In this document: piece after piece, positions 55,207-63,870 of the stretch
Position numbering within the stretch: position 1 is the first letter of the stretch
Layout: the number at the start of each line of letters is the position of its first letter
From: Anaerolineae bacterium
GTDB lineage: Bacteria; Chloroflexota; Anaerolineae; Anaerolineales; UBA4823
Assembly (NCBI GenBank): GCA_003130835.1
Contig: QEXX01000059.1
Location: forward strand, 219 to 64,218
DNA: 64,000 nt
Direction: 5' to 3'
Translations under genes and position numbers: made by a program
The notes under the pieces: model-generated
What the model was told of the DNA's origin: nothing
Seen by the model: only the letters and a program-made list of their open reading frames with translations
Databases searched by the model: none

Positions 55207-55745
55207 GTCAATCGGTTACATTGTTTCCATTGAATTGCATCCGCTGTGCGACGCCCATTCCAGCAGAAGTAAATGAAGTGGCGTGGCTATGTTCCATCTG
55301 TGGGGCAAGCATGGCCCTCACTGAAGCTGGCGAAATCGTTCCTTGCGAATTTCATTTTTCAACAGACCTACCTGCTGGCAAAAAAGGTAGACCTTTCTGG
55401 GTGGCAGAGGGGGTCGTTCGTCTGATACGTCAATCGTATAACCGAATCGGCAAGAGCGATCAAGAAGCGATTCAATTCTGGAGTCAACCCCGTCGGTTTT
55501 TCATCCCCGCTTATGATTGCGGACTAGAGGAAATGCTTACCATCGGCACCCGCTGGCTAACCAAGCCACCACCCCTTTTTGAGGGGGCTAAAAGCGATTT
55601 TTTACCTATTACGCAATCAGCCGCTGATGTGCGCGCTTTTGCCGAATTTCTGATTATTGCCATCGAAGCAGCGCGCAAAGACAAGGTCAAGGAAATCCAG
55701 TTTGAACTTGAAATGGGAGTGCCGCAGCTATGGATTCTCCCCTAA
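55203..55745 (+). CDS. Soluble zinc-ribbon protein (module paralogue 3); function unknown
   Basis: An ATGA overlap links it to the upstream gene. It has NCIRCATP...LCSICGAS, IVPCEFHFS and RRFFIPAYDCG, with no TM segment. Confidence 0.6.
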   Translation: MSQSVTLFPLNCIRCATPIPAEVNEVAWLCSICGASMALTEAGEIVPCEFHFSTDLPAGKKGRPFWVAEGVVRLIRQSYNRIGKSDQEAIQFWSQPRRFFIPAYDCGLEEMLTIGTRWLTKPPPLFEGAKSDFLPITQSAADVRAFAEFLIIAIEAARKDKVKEIQFELEMGVPQLWILP

Positions 55746-55938
55746 GCCTATCTTCGATATTGACTTCTTGGGTGCATTGAGGGAGTTGGACGTCTTTATC
55801 TACCTCACTCCAGTTGGAAAAACCTGCACTCCAACGAGAACGAACGACTACGAGGATAAACTTTTCTTGAACAAAAATGCCCCAAAGCCCGGACAAACGA
55901 ACGTTAACTTAGAGATTGCAAATAGAGAGTGAGACAGA

Positions 55939-58434
55939 ATGGAAACCGAAGGAAAATTTTATCTTGGACGGCTCGTTGACCCCCAAACCAACAAAACCAC
56001 CGATCAACCCTTGCTCTACAAATCCGAAGATCTGACCACGCACGCCTTCGTGGTCGGGATGACCGGCTCTGGCAAGACGGGGTTATGCATTTGCCTCTTG
56101 GAGGAAGCGGCCATACAAGGCATACCAGCCTTGATTGTCGATCCCAAAGGCGATATGACCAACGTTCTGTTGCACTTTCCAAATTTTGAGCCAAGCGACT
56201 TCGAGCCCTGGGTCAACGCTGATCTCGCCCGCCGAGAAGGGAAAACGGTGCAACAGGTGGCACAGGAAACTGCCGCAATTTGGAAACAAGGTTTAGCCGA
56301 TTGGGGAATTGAACCTAACCGCGTCCAAGCCCTCTCTGAGGCGGCTCATTTTTCTGTGTATACCCCAGGATCGGATAGCGGCATCCCGGTCAATATCCTC
56401 ACCTCTTTTGAAGCACCTGAGCTTGCGTGGGATGAAAACCGCGAAGCGTTGCGTGAGAAGATCTCCGCTACCGTGACAGCGCTGTTGGGATTAGTCGGTT
56501 TATCGGACGTTGATCCGTTGCGCTCGCGTGAGCACATCCTGCTCTCCAACATCCTTGAACACGCTTGGGTGGCGGGTAAAAACCTCAATTTGAGTGAATT
56601 GATTTTGCAAACTCAATCCCCTCCTTTCACCAAATTGGGTGTTTTCGATGTAGATACTTTCTTCCCTCAAAAAGACCGTTTTGCCCTATCCATGTTGCTC
56701 AACAACATCCTTGCCGCGCCTAGTTTCCAACCTTGGATTGAAGGGCAACCGCTGGATATCCAAAAATTGCTTTATGCTGAGGACGGACGGCCGCGCCATA
56801 GCATATTCTATTTAGCCCACCTGAGCGAAACCGAGCGCATGTTTTTTGTGACCCTGCTTTACACCGCGGTTGAGAGTTGGATGCGCTCTCAACCGGGCAG
56901 CGGCTCCTTAAGGGCAATCGTTTATTGCGACGAAGTCTTTGGCTACTTACCACCGGTCAGCAACCCACCCTCGAAAACTGTGCTGTTGCGCATGCTTAAG
57001 CAAGCCCGCGCCTTCGGCGTCGCCCAAGTGTTGGTTACCCAGAACCCAGTGGATATCGATTACAAAGCCTTATCTAATGCTGGCACTTGGTGTATCGGGA
57101 AATTACAAACCGATCAAGACAAACAACGTCTGTTAGACGGCTTAGAAAGCGCTGTACCAGGCGGGATGAACCGCAATGACTATGATAAACTCATCTCCGG
57201 TTTAGGCAAACGGGTTTTCCTATTGCATAACGTGCACGCAAAAGGCCCCCTGCTCTTCCAGACCCGCTGGGCGATGAATTATCTCGCCGGACCACTCACG
57301 CGTACTCAAATTCCGGCCTTAAGCCGCCTGGCGAAAGCTGCGCAAAGCTTAACGCCTGAGTCCCCCCAAGTTAAGTCAACGGCTCCAGCCTCCTCTAGCC
57401 CACCCATTGGGAAAAAACTTCCACAAACGGAAACTTACCTTGCCACCAAACCTCCTGCCCCAACGGGTGTGGCGGAAGTTTTTCTGCCCGTAAAAGAGAG
57501 TCTTGCCCAAGCCCTTCAAAAATCCGGGCGAACTCGTTCAGCCGATCAGAGTGCCAAGCTACTCTACCGCCCCCGATTGTTCGGACAAGCTCAAATTCGT
57601 TACGTGAACCGAAGGATTGGTTTAGATACTGAAAGCGCAAAAGCGGTTCTAGCAGAAACACCAGATCGACGCGGCTTTGTCCGCTGGGAGGAAAACCTTG
57701 TCCCACCGCTTGACCTGCGCCAGATGGACGGGGCTCCTGTGCCCGATTCTCGGTTTGCACCTTTAGAGATTCCGCTTTCGGATGCCAAGCTAATGGCTGT
57801 TATGCAAAAAGACTTCCTCGATTGGACGTTTCGCAATGCTTCCTTGTCGGTCCAAGTCAACGATGCGCTTCAAGTCGCTTGTGTCCCGCCGATGACCGAA
57901 AGCGAATTTCGGACGCGTTGCGCAGATCTCGCCCGCCAAAAGCGGGACGCAGAAATCAAAAAGGCCACCGAAACCTTCGACAAGAAAATCGAAGCCCTGA
58001 GGCTAAAATTAACCCGAGAAGAGCAAGAACTCGAGGCAGACAAAGAAAAGCTTAACTTGCGGCGCATGGAAGAAGTTGGCACGCATGCTGAAACGTTGTT
58101 CGGATTATTGGGAGGTCGACGCAGTTCGCGTCGGATTTCATCTTCCCTTACCAAGCGCCGTTTAACCAGCCAAGCCAAAGCAGAGGTTGAAGAATCGGAG
58201 AAAACCATCGCGCTGTTGAAGGAACAAATCGCAGATCTTGAAAAAGCCAAAGCAGCCGCTGTCGAAGAGATCCATCAACGTTGGGCGGCCATTGCTGCAC
58301 AGGTGCGCGAAGAAAACATTCAACCCTTGAAAAAAGATGTTTATATTGAGTTTTTTGGCATCGCTTGGCAACCATACTATCTCATACAAGAAGGTGATAC
58401 GTCTATCGAGCTTGTAGCTTGTTCTCTTCAATGA
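55939..58434 (+). CDS. HerA/YjgR(DUF853)-like P-loop ATPase of the FtsK-HerA superfamily with a long C-terminal coiled-coil tail
   Basis: 831 aa. Walker A is VVGMTGSGKTG and Walker B is AIVYCDE. The block FGVAQVLVTQNPVDIDYKALSNAGTWCIGKLQTDQDKQRL is present. The C-terminal 150 aa are rich in heptad-like charged repeats. Confidence 0.8.
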   Translation: METEGKFYLGRLVDPQTNKTTDQPLLYKSEDLTTHAFVVGMTGSGKTGLCICLLEEAAIQGIPALIVDPKGDMTNVLLHFPNFEPSDFEPWVNADLARREGKTVQQVAQETAAIWKQGLADWGIEPNRVQALSEAAHFSVYTPGSDSGIPVNILTSFEAPELAWDENREALREKISATVTALLGLVGLSDVDPLRSREHILLSNILEHAWVAGKNLNLSELILQTQSPPFTKLGVFDVDTFFPQKDRFALSMLLNNILAAPSFQPWIEGQPLDIQKLLYAEDGRPRHSIFYLAHLSETERMFFVTLLYTAVESWMRSQPGSGSLRAIVYCDEVFGYLPPVSNPPSKTVLLRMLKQARAFGVAQVLVTQNPVDIDYKALSNAGTWCIGKLQTDQDKQRLLDGLESAVPGGMNRNDYDKLISGLGKRVFLLHNVHAKGPLLFQTRWAMNYLAGPLTRTQIPALSRLAKAAQSLTPESPQVKSTAPASSSPPIGKKLPQTETYLATKPPAPTGVAEVFLPVKESLAQALQKSGRTRSADQSAKLLYRPRLFGQAQIRYVNRRIGLDTESAKAVLAETPDRRGFVRWEENLVPPLDLRQMDGAPVPDSRFAPLEIPLSDAKLMAVMQKDFLDWTFRNASLSVQVNDALQVACVPPMTESEFRTRCADLARQKRDAEIKKATETFDKKIEALRLKLTREEQELEADKEKLNLRRMEEVGTHAETLFGLLGGRRSSRRISSSLTKRRLTSQAKAEVEESEKTIALLKEQIADLEKAKAAAVEEIHQRWAAIAAQVREENIQPLKKDVYIEFFGIAWQPYYLIQEGDTSIELVACSLQ

Positions 58435-58523
58435 TAGAGATGACTCTACCAATGATCGGTCAGCAATGTGATTAGCGGTTGAAGCTTCTTGTAATGAAAA
58501 ATTCTATCCCTTAGAGGTGAACC

Positions 58524-58730
58524 ATGCAACCTATTCATGAAACCCTTTGCTTACTGGTGGCAACCGGTTATCTCAATCAGCAACTGGATGAGTTTGAAGC
58601 GATGATCACTCCCCCAAACTATCTTTGTACCTCCTGCGGTCGGGTTGCTCGGGAGGAAGAGAGTTTATGTTTGCCGCGCCCAATTCATATCTGCGCCGGG
58701 AATCCTCCTCAAGAGGGAGCAGTACAATGA
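58524..58730 (+). CDS. Small Cys-containing hypothetical protein (68 aa)
   Basis: AGAGGTG lies 5 nt upstream of the ATG. The stop overlaps the next gene's ATG (ATGA). It has a CxxC motif (LCTSCG). No family was recognised. Confidence 0.45.
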   Translation: MQPIHETLCLLVATGYLNQQLDEFEAMITPPNYLCTSCGRVAREEESLCLPRPIHICAGNPPQEGAVQ

Positions 58731-59212
58731 CACAACCTCCGCCAGATACCCTCAATGCTATCGGCGTGTTGAAGCGCCGCGAGATCGAAGCCCGCATTCT
58801 TAAGCCCGTGCTAGAAGCCTTTGCCCGAGAACTCGGCTGGGAGCGCACTATCGAGATTCTGCAGGGCGTGATTATAGCGATCGCTCGGGAACAAGGGAGA
58901 GAATTAGCGCAGTCTCAAGGTGGTTGCAGCTTACAACAGTTTGCTGCCTCACTAGAAAACTGGCAAAAGGACGATGCCATGCAAATTGACATCCTTGTCC
59001 AAAACGAGGAGGAGTTTTCGTTTAATGTGCAGCGGTGTCGTTATGCAGAAATGTACCGCGCCTTGGGGATGGAACAATTAGGGCGGGTTCTGTCTTGCAG
59101 CAGAGACCAAGCTCTAATCGAGGGCTTCAACCCAGAGATCGAACTCACGCGCACCCAAACCATCCTGGAGGGCGCTCCGTTTTGTGATTTTCGCTATCGG
59201 ATTAAGCGATAA
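58727..59212 (+). CDS. L-2-amino-thiazoline-4-carboxylic acid hydrolase-like protein
   Basis: I start at the internal ATG 58727 ([25 protein letters not shown]). The C-terminus [55 protein letters not shown] fits the ATC-hydrolase family pattern. Confidence 0.6.
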   Translation: MTQPPPDTLNAIGVLKRREIEARILKPVLEAFARELGWERTIEILQGVIIAIAREQGRELAQSQGGCSLQQFAASLENWQKDDAMQIDILVQNEEEFSFNVQRCRYAEMYRALGMEQLGRVLSCSRDQALIEGFNPEIELTRTQTILEGAPFCDFRYRIKR

Positions 59213-59214
59213 CC

Positions 59215-59847
59215 TCATACCGCAAGGTTAACCCTCGTACCAACGCTTTCTTTCTGGTCGCTGCGCTGACGGGCTAATTCTAGGCGGGCGCGCATAGCCA
59301 TCACGTCTGCCTCAGCAGCCACTGCGCGGTCTTGCGGCGATGGGTCAGGAGGAGCGAGCGCTGCCGCTTTGACGCGCGCAGCTTTTCGGATCGTTGCGTC
59401 TGGGTCACCCTCTACCGGACTCGTATCAATCGACACTTCACCGGCAACAGCATAAAGTTTTCCGTCAGGGCCGGTTTGATAAGCGTATTGGGCACGACTG
59501 CGGATTAAATTTCCCCCAACACGGATATGCGCTTCTTCATGGGCACGCACCTTGCGGTCGGTCTCTTTAAGTTTAGCAATCGCTTGTTTCTCTTGCTCAC
59601 TGAGTTCTTTCTGCCCGAAAGCGCTGTGACCGCTTGTGATTTCCTTCTCTCTATCTTTTCCTTGAGTGGGATGAACCCGCATTGGCGCATCGGGAGATAG
59701 GGCCGTCGCCGCAGGAGCGTTGCCTTGCAGGCTGTTTTGAAAGCCTTGCTGCCATTTCCGCCATTCGGCGCGCGCTTCCTGCAGCCCTCTAAGGCTGAAG
59801 GTTCCCGAATTCAACTCAGAAGACCCAAAATCGCTCATTAGCGACAC
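59215..59847 (-). CDS. SprA-related / putative HExxH metalloprotease-like protein
   Basis: 210 aa. VRAHEEAHIRVGG...YAYQTGPDGKLYAVAGEVSIDTSP matches my recollection of the SprA-related family signature. Confidence 0.45.
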   Translation of the reverse strand: MSLMSDFGSSELNSGTFSLRGLQEARAEWRKWQQGFQNSLQGNAPAATALSPDAPMRVHPTQGKDREKEITSGHSAFGQKELSEQEKQAIAKLKETDRKVRAHEEAHIRVGGNLIRSRAQYAYQTGPDGKLYAVAGEVSIDTSPVEGDPDATIRKAARVKAAALAPPDPSPQDRAVAAEADVMAMRARLELARQRSDQKESVGTRVNLAV

Positions 59848-59973
59848 TCCCTCTAATTTGGTTTCGGCAGATTCTGATAAAACTTTAGCACTTTTTTAGC
59901 GATATTTGAATGGATTTCGACTATACTAACTTTCTAGGACTATTTGTATCCAGATTATTGCCATTCTTAAACC

Positions 59974-60465
59974 ATGAATTCGGGATCAAATATGAACCGT
60001 TTTGAACACCGTTTTCTTGTACAAGCGCCAATAGAAAAAGTAGCCGATTTTCATCGCGATACCCGCGCCCTACGCAGGCTAACGCCGCCGCCCATTTGGG
60101 TGCAATTTCACCACTTGGAACCCCTTGCGGAGAACTCGATTGCTGAGTTTAGCCTTTGGTTCGGCCCTTTTCCAGTGCGCTGGCGTGCCTTGCACACGCA
60201 GGTTCATGCCTTGCAGGGCTTCACCGATACACAAGTTCAGGGACCTTTACGGCACTGGAGACACACCCACTCTTTTCAAGCAATTGATGACCAAACAACC
60301 CAAATTACTGAAACGATTGAATACGATTATCCCAGCGGCTGGAAAGGAGTTTTTGCTCGTCTGCTCTATTCTCCCCTTGCATTGCGCCTGTTATTCCTCT
60401 ACCGCCAATGGGTGACCCGCTTTTGGCTAGAACGAAAAAGCTTGAGCAGGAGCAACCAGCCATGA
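59974..60465 (+). CDS. SRPBCC-superfamily (cyclase/dehydrase-like) ligand-binding protein
   Basis: 163 aa. FEHRFLVQAPIEKVADFHRD...GPFPVRWRALHT...GPLRHWRHTHSF has the pattern of SRPBCC/DUF-type proteins. An alternative Met lies at 59992. Confidence 0.65.
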   Translation: MNSGSNMNRFEHRFLVQAPIEKVADFHRDTRALRRLTPPPIWVQFHHLEPLAENSIAEFSLWFGPFPVRWRALHTQVHALQGFTDTQVQGPLRHWRHTHSFQAIDDQTTQITETIEYDYPSGWKGVFARLLYSPLALRLLFLYRQWVTRFWLERKSLSRSNQP

Positions 60466-61985
60466 CGCTCAAGCATACCCCTCATGTGCTCGTAATCGGC
60501 GCCGGTATTGGAGGGCTAACCACGGCTGTTTTACTGCTTCAAGCAGGCTACAAAGTCACCGTTCTCGAAGCGCATATCTATCCCGGCGGTTGTGCCGGAA
60601 CGTTCTATCATCAAAAGTTCCGCTTCGACGTAGGCGCTACGCTAGCCGGCGGATTTTCTCCTGGTGGTCCCCATGCCCGGCTAGCCGAACAGCTTGGAAT
60701 CGACTGGCCGGTAAAACCGGTCAACCCTGCTTGGGTCACCTTTCTGGATGGCAAGACAATTTTCCAATGGGCAGAGCGCGAACGCTGGTGGGACGAAATC
60801 CACCGCCATTTTCCCGAAAGCACATCGTTTTGGAAAAAACAAGAATGGCTTGCAAACCAATCGTGGGACATCGCGGCGAAAGATTTTGCTTGGCCGCCGC
60901 GCTCCTTTAGAGATTATCTCACCATCTTCAGCGCGTTGCATCCCGACACACTGCGCGCTGCCCCGTATGCCCTGCGCACCATTGGCTCTCTATTACCTCC
61001 CGCTAGCTCTCCATCCTTGCGCCTGTTTTTAGACGCACAGTTGTTGATCTCTGCTCAAAGCCTTGCCCAGGCTACCAATGCGTTGTACGGCAGTGCCGCC
61101 TTGGATTTGCCCCGTCGCGGGGTAAACCATGTACTCGGTGGTATCGGCAGCTTAGCTCAAACCTTAGCCGATTGGGGGACTCAACGAGGGTTGACACTCC
61201 TTTATCGTCAAAAGGTCACTCGTTTAGAAGTCAAAGATGGGCGCGGTGTTCGAGTCTATACGAACAAAAAACAAGTCTTTGAAGCCGATGCTTTTGTTGC
61301 CAATCTCACACCTTGGGGATTAGCAGCCTTGCTCGGAGAAAATACGCCGCCTGCTTTACGGCGCGAAACCCAAACTCGTCCAGCAACGTGGGGAGCCTTT
61401 ACGCTTTATTTAGGAGTTGATGCCAGCCAACTTACGGCGATACCTGCTGATCACCTTCAAGTCATTGTCGATCCCACCCGACCGCTTGGGGAGGGCAACT
61501 CGGTTTTTATCTCGCTTTCGCCGACTGACGATCCAAGTCGCGCCCCCCAAGGAATGCGCGCCGTCACCTTATCCACCCACACGGCGATTGCCGCCTGGCA
61601 AATTGACGAACGAGCCTCTGAAGAGAAAAGTGCTGAATACACCGAACGCATGCTCCAGGCTGCAGAAATTGCCATCCCAGGCATCCGCCAATCGGTGCGT
61701 TTAGCTTTGCCCGGCTCACCCCATACCTTCGAATTTTACACCCATCGCCCGCTCGGCATGGTAGGCGGGTTTCCCCAAACTTCTTTGTTGCGCGCTCGCA
61801 GCCCGTGGACTGGCTTGGCGAATGTTTGGCTCGTTGGTGACTCCATCTTTCCCGGGCAATCAACGGCTGGGGTAACCGTTGGCGCCATGCGGGTTGCCAA
61901 GGAGGTCATCCATTGGCTACGCCAAACCTTTAACATGCGCAGTTGGTGCGTTGCAAAAACTCCCAGTCCATCCGAAGCAAACTAA
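60462..61985 (+). CDS. Phytoene-desaturase-family FAD-dependent oxidoreductase (CrtI/CrtD-like)
   Basis: I start at ATG 60462, which forms an ATGA overlap with the SRPBCC stop. It contains VLVIGAGIGGLTTAVLLLQAGYKVTVLEAHIYPGGCAG and a C-terminal WLVGDSIFPGQSTAGV. Confidence 0.8.
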   Translation: MTLKHTPHVLVIGAGIGGLTTAVLLLQAGYKVTVLEAHIYPGGCAGTFYHQKFRFDVGATLAGGFSPGGPHARLAEQLGIDWPVKPVNPAWVTFLDGKTIFQWAERERWWDEIHRHFPESTSFWKKQEWLANQSWDIAAKDFAWPPRSFRDYLTIFSALHPDTLRAAPYALRTIGSLLPPASSPSLRLFLDAQLLISAQSLAQATNALYGSAALDLPRRGVNHVLGGIGSLAQTLADWGTQRGLTLLYRQKVTRLEVKDGRGVRVYTNKKQVFEADAFVANLTPWGLAALLGENTPPALRRETQTRPATWGAFTLYLGVDASQLTAIPADHLQVIVDPTRPLGEGNSVFISLSPTDDPSRAPQGMRAVTLSTHTAIAAWQIDERASEEKSAEYTERMLQAAEIAIPGIRQSVRLALPGSPHTFEFYTHRPLGMVGGFPQTSLLRARSPWTGLANVWLVGDSIFPGQSTAGVTVGAMRVAKEVIHWLRQTFNMRSWCVAKTPSPSEAN

Positions 61986-61997
61986 GGAGCAGAGCGG

Positions 61998-62618
61998 ATG
62001 GGTGCCTTTTGGTCGATTCTATTGGCTGTTGCAGGATATGGTTTTCTGCACTCACTACTGGCAGCGCACTGGCTAAAGGCGATGGTGCGCCAACGGCTGG
62101 GGGAACGATTCTTTCGGTGGTATCGCCTAATCTATAACCTGATTGTTAGCAGCACCTTTTTGCCGCTTTTAGGGCTGCTGGCTTGGTTGCCCGATCGCAC
62201 GCTTTATGTGATTCCCTTCCCGTGGTCTTTGCTCAGCGGATTGATTCAGCTTATCGCTCTTGGGGTGATCTTTCTAGGATTACTGCAAAGCGGATTCATC
62301 TCTTTTCTGGGTCTCGATGCCTTGGTTGCCAACCCTTTGCGCTCAAAGGATAAACTGGTTGTCAATGGGCTTTATGCTTGGGTGCGCCATCCCATTTACA
62401 CCGCTGGAATCGTATTTCTATGGTTATCGCCCATCTTGACTCAAAACCTTTTGGCGCTAAATATCGGGCTAACGTTGTACATTTTCGTTGGCGCTTGGCT
62501 CGAAGAGCGCAAAATGGTTGCCGAATTTGGAGAGGCTTACCGCCAATACCAACAGCAGGTCCCGATGTTCTTCCCCTATCGCATCCCGAAAATCCCAAAG
62601 ACAATTGGCTCAAAATAG
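61998..62618 (+). CDS. ICMT/PEMT-family membrane methyltransferase
   Basis: 206 aa and polytopic. GLYAWVRHPIYTAGIVFLW...EERKMVAEFGEAYRQYQQQVPMF is the ICMT/NnrU-type signature. Confidence 0.7.
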   Translation: MGAFWSILLAVAGYGFLHSLLAAHWLKAMVRQRLGERFFRWYRLIYNLIVSSTFLPLLGLLAWLPDRTLYVIPFPWSLLSGLIQLIALGVIFLGLLQSGFISFLGLDALVANPLRSKDKLVVNGLYAWVRHPIYTAGIVFLWLSPILTQNLLALNIGLTLYIFVGAWLEERKMVAEFGEAYRQYQQQVPMFFPYRIPKIPKTIGSK

Positions 62619-62695
62619 CTTGTGGGTATGGCTACATCCAACTCGCTTCGGTGAAATGTCATTTGAGGTGAGCCTATGAAGTGACAAATTTCACA

Positions 62696-62724
62696 TTGAC
62701 TTAGGCATCTAGGCTAGTTATAAT
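62696..62724 (+). promoter_or_regulatory. Sigma-70 promoter for the FMN riboswitch leader
   Basis: TTGACT (62696-62701), a 17-nt spacer, then TATAAT (62719-62724). Confidence 0.55.
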
Positions 62725-62743
62725 CGAGAAAACAAAATCGAAT

Positions 62744-62868
62744 ACCTTCGGGGCAGGGTGCGGTCGCAAACGACCTATTCCCGATCGGCGGTAAAGCCCG
62801 CGAGCGCAAATGAGCGCACGATTCGGTGAAACTCCGAAGCCGACGGTATAGTCCGGATGGAAGAAGGT
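62744..62868 (+). promoter_or_regulatory. FMN riboswitch (RFN element)
   Basis: CUUCGGGGCAGGGUG...AUUCCCGAUCGGCGGUAAAGCCCGCGAGC...GGUGAAACUCCGAAGCCGACGGUAUAGUCCGGAUGGAAGAAGG aligns block by block with the B. subtilis ribD RFN consensus. Confidence 0.85.
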
Positions 62869-62927
62869 AAGCTTGGATAAGGTAGGCGCGTGACAGCTAA
62901 GCAATTTCTCGGTCGCGCGCGAGATGC

Positions 62928-62957
62928 CCCGAAAGCCATCTGGTTTTCGGGTTTTTT
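62928..62957 (+). terminator. Intrinsic terminator (FMN riboswitch expression platform)
   Basis: The sequence is CCCGAAA-(10-nt loop)-TTTCGGG followed by TTTTTT. It lies about 75 nt upstream of the permease start. Confidence 0.7.
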
Positions 62958-63034
62958 GTCAAAAAAGAGGACTGTCCAGCGTTGCACTTGCCCCGAATCG
63001 CGCTGATTCGGGGCTTTGAATTTGACTAGGAAAA

Positions 63035-63856
63035 ATGAACTTAATTGAGATACCGAAACGTCTTCCGCTCCAACGCAAGCTCAGCCGCACGCAACATGCG
63101 CTGACCATCACTGCCTCATTGGGGAGTGCTCTTCTTCTCTGGCATTTTGTTACACAGCTTTGGGACTTGCCCGCCTTTATTCTTCCCTCTCCGACAATGG
63201 TCGGACAACGATTCGTCCAAGCATGGCGAGATGGAAGTCTGCTCCGACACACAGGCTATACGCTCTTTGAAGTCCTGTGTGGCTTGACACTAGGCGTACT
63301 AACGGCAACTCTGCTCGGTTATCTTTTAGCGAAATCGCACTGGTTTGAGCGCCTTTTATCCCCATATATCGTTGCCAGTCAATCCATTCCGATTGTCGCC
63401 ATTGCTCCGCTCTTGGTCATCTGGTTCGGGCCCGGGCTCTTTTCAAAGATTCTGATCTGCGCGCTGATCGTCTTCTTTCCGGTGCTGGTCAACACGATTG
63501 TCGGTTTGCGATCTGTGCCTGAGGAGCTTAGCGACCTGATGCGCTCGCTCAAAGCCAACCGCTGGCAAACCATCCGCTACTTGGAAGCGCCTGCCGCACT
63601 GCCGGTCTTCTTGGGGGGCTTGCGCATCGGCGCAACCCTATCGGTCATTGGCGCTGTGGTCGGTGAGTTTGTCGGCGCCGACCGTGGGCTGGGTTTTTTA
63701 GTCAATGTTGCCCGCGGCAAATACGATACCCCCCTGGTGTTTGTTGCAGTGTTTACCTTGATTGCTATGGCGTTGCTGCTTTATACCAGCGTGTTCTTCA
63801 TAGAAAAACGCTTGCTCAATTGGCAACAGCGTCAAGAACAAACCAATTTCACCTAA
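63035..63856 (+). CDS. ABC transporter permease (NitT/TauT family); RibX-like, putative riboflavin-related importer component
   Basis: 273 aa with 6 TM helices and an EAA-like loop (LKANRWQTIRYLEAPAALP). The FMN riboswitch lies directly upstream. Confidence 0.8.
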   Translation: MNLIEIPKRLPLQRKLSRTQHALTITASLGSALLLWHFVTQLWDLPAFILPSPTMVGQRFVQAWRDGSLLRHTGYTLFEVLCGLTLGVLTATLLGYLLAKSHWFERLLSPYIVASQSIPIVAIAPLLVIWFGPGLFSKILICALIVFFPVLVNTIVGLRSVPEELSDLMRSLKANRWQTIRYLEAPAALPVFLGGLRIGATLSVIGAVVGEFVGADRGLGFLVNVARGKYDTPLVFVAVFTLIAMALLLYTSVFFIEKRLLNWQQRQEQTNFT

Positions 63857-63870
63857 GGAGACCTTTCATC

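Noticed and set aside
55657-55932. 91-aa ORF filling the 193-nt gap between the third Zn-ribbon gene and the ATPase
   Set aside because: It starts inside the Zn-ribbon gene in a different frame, lacks an RBS and has no motif. The gap is more likely a regulatory or untranslated spacer. This remains uncertain.
62701-63252. Minus-strand ORFs (62701-62904, 62775-62987, 62959-63252) over the FMN riboswitch and the permease start
   Set aside because: The region is fully explained by the promoter, RFN element, terminator and plus-strand permease. The ORFs have no coding signal.
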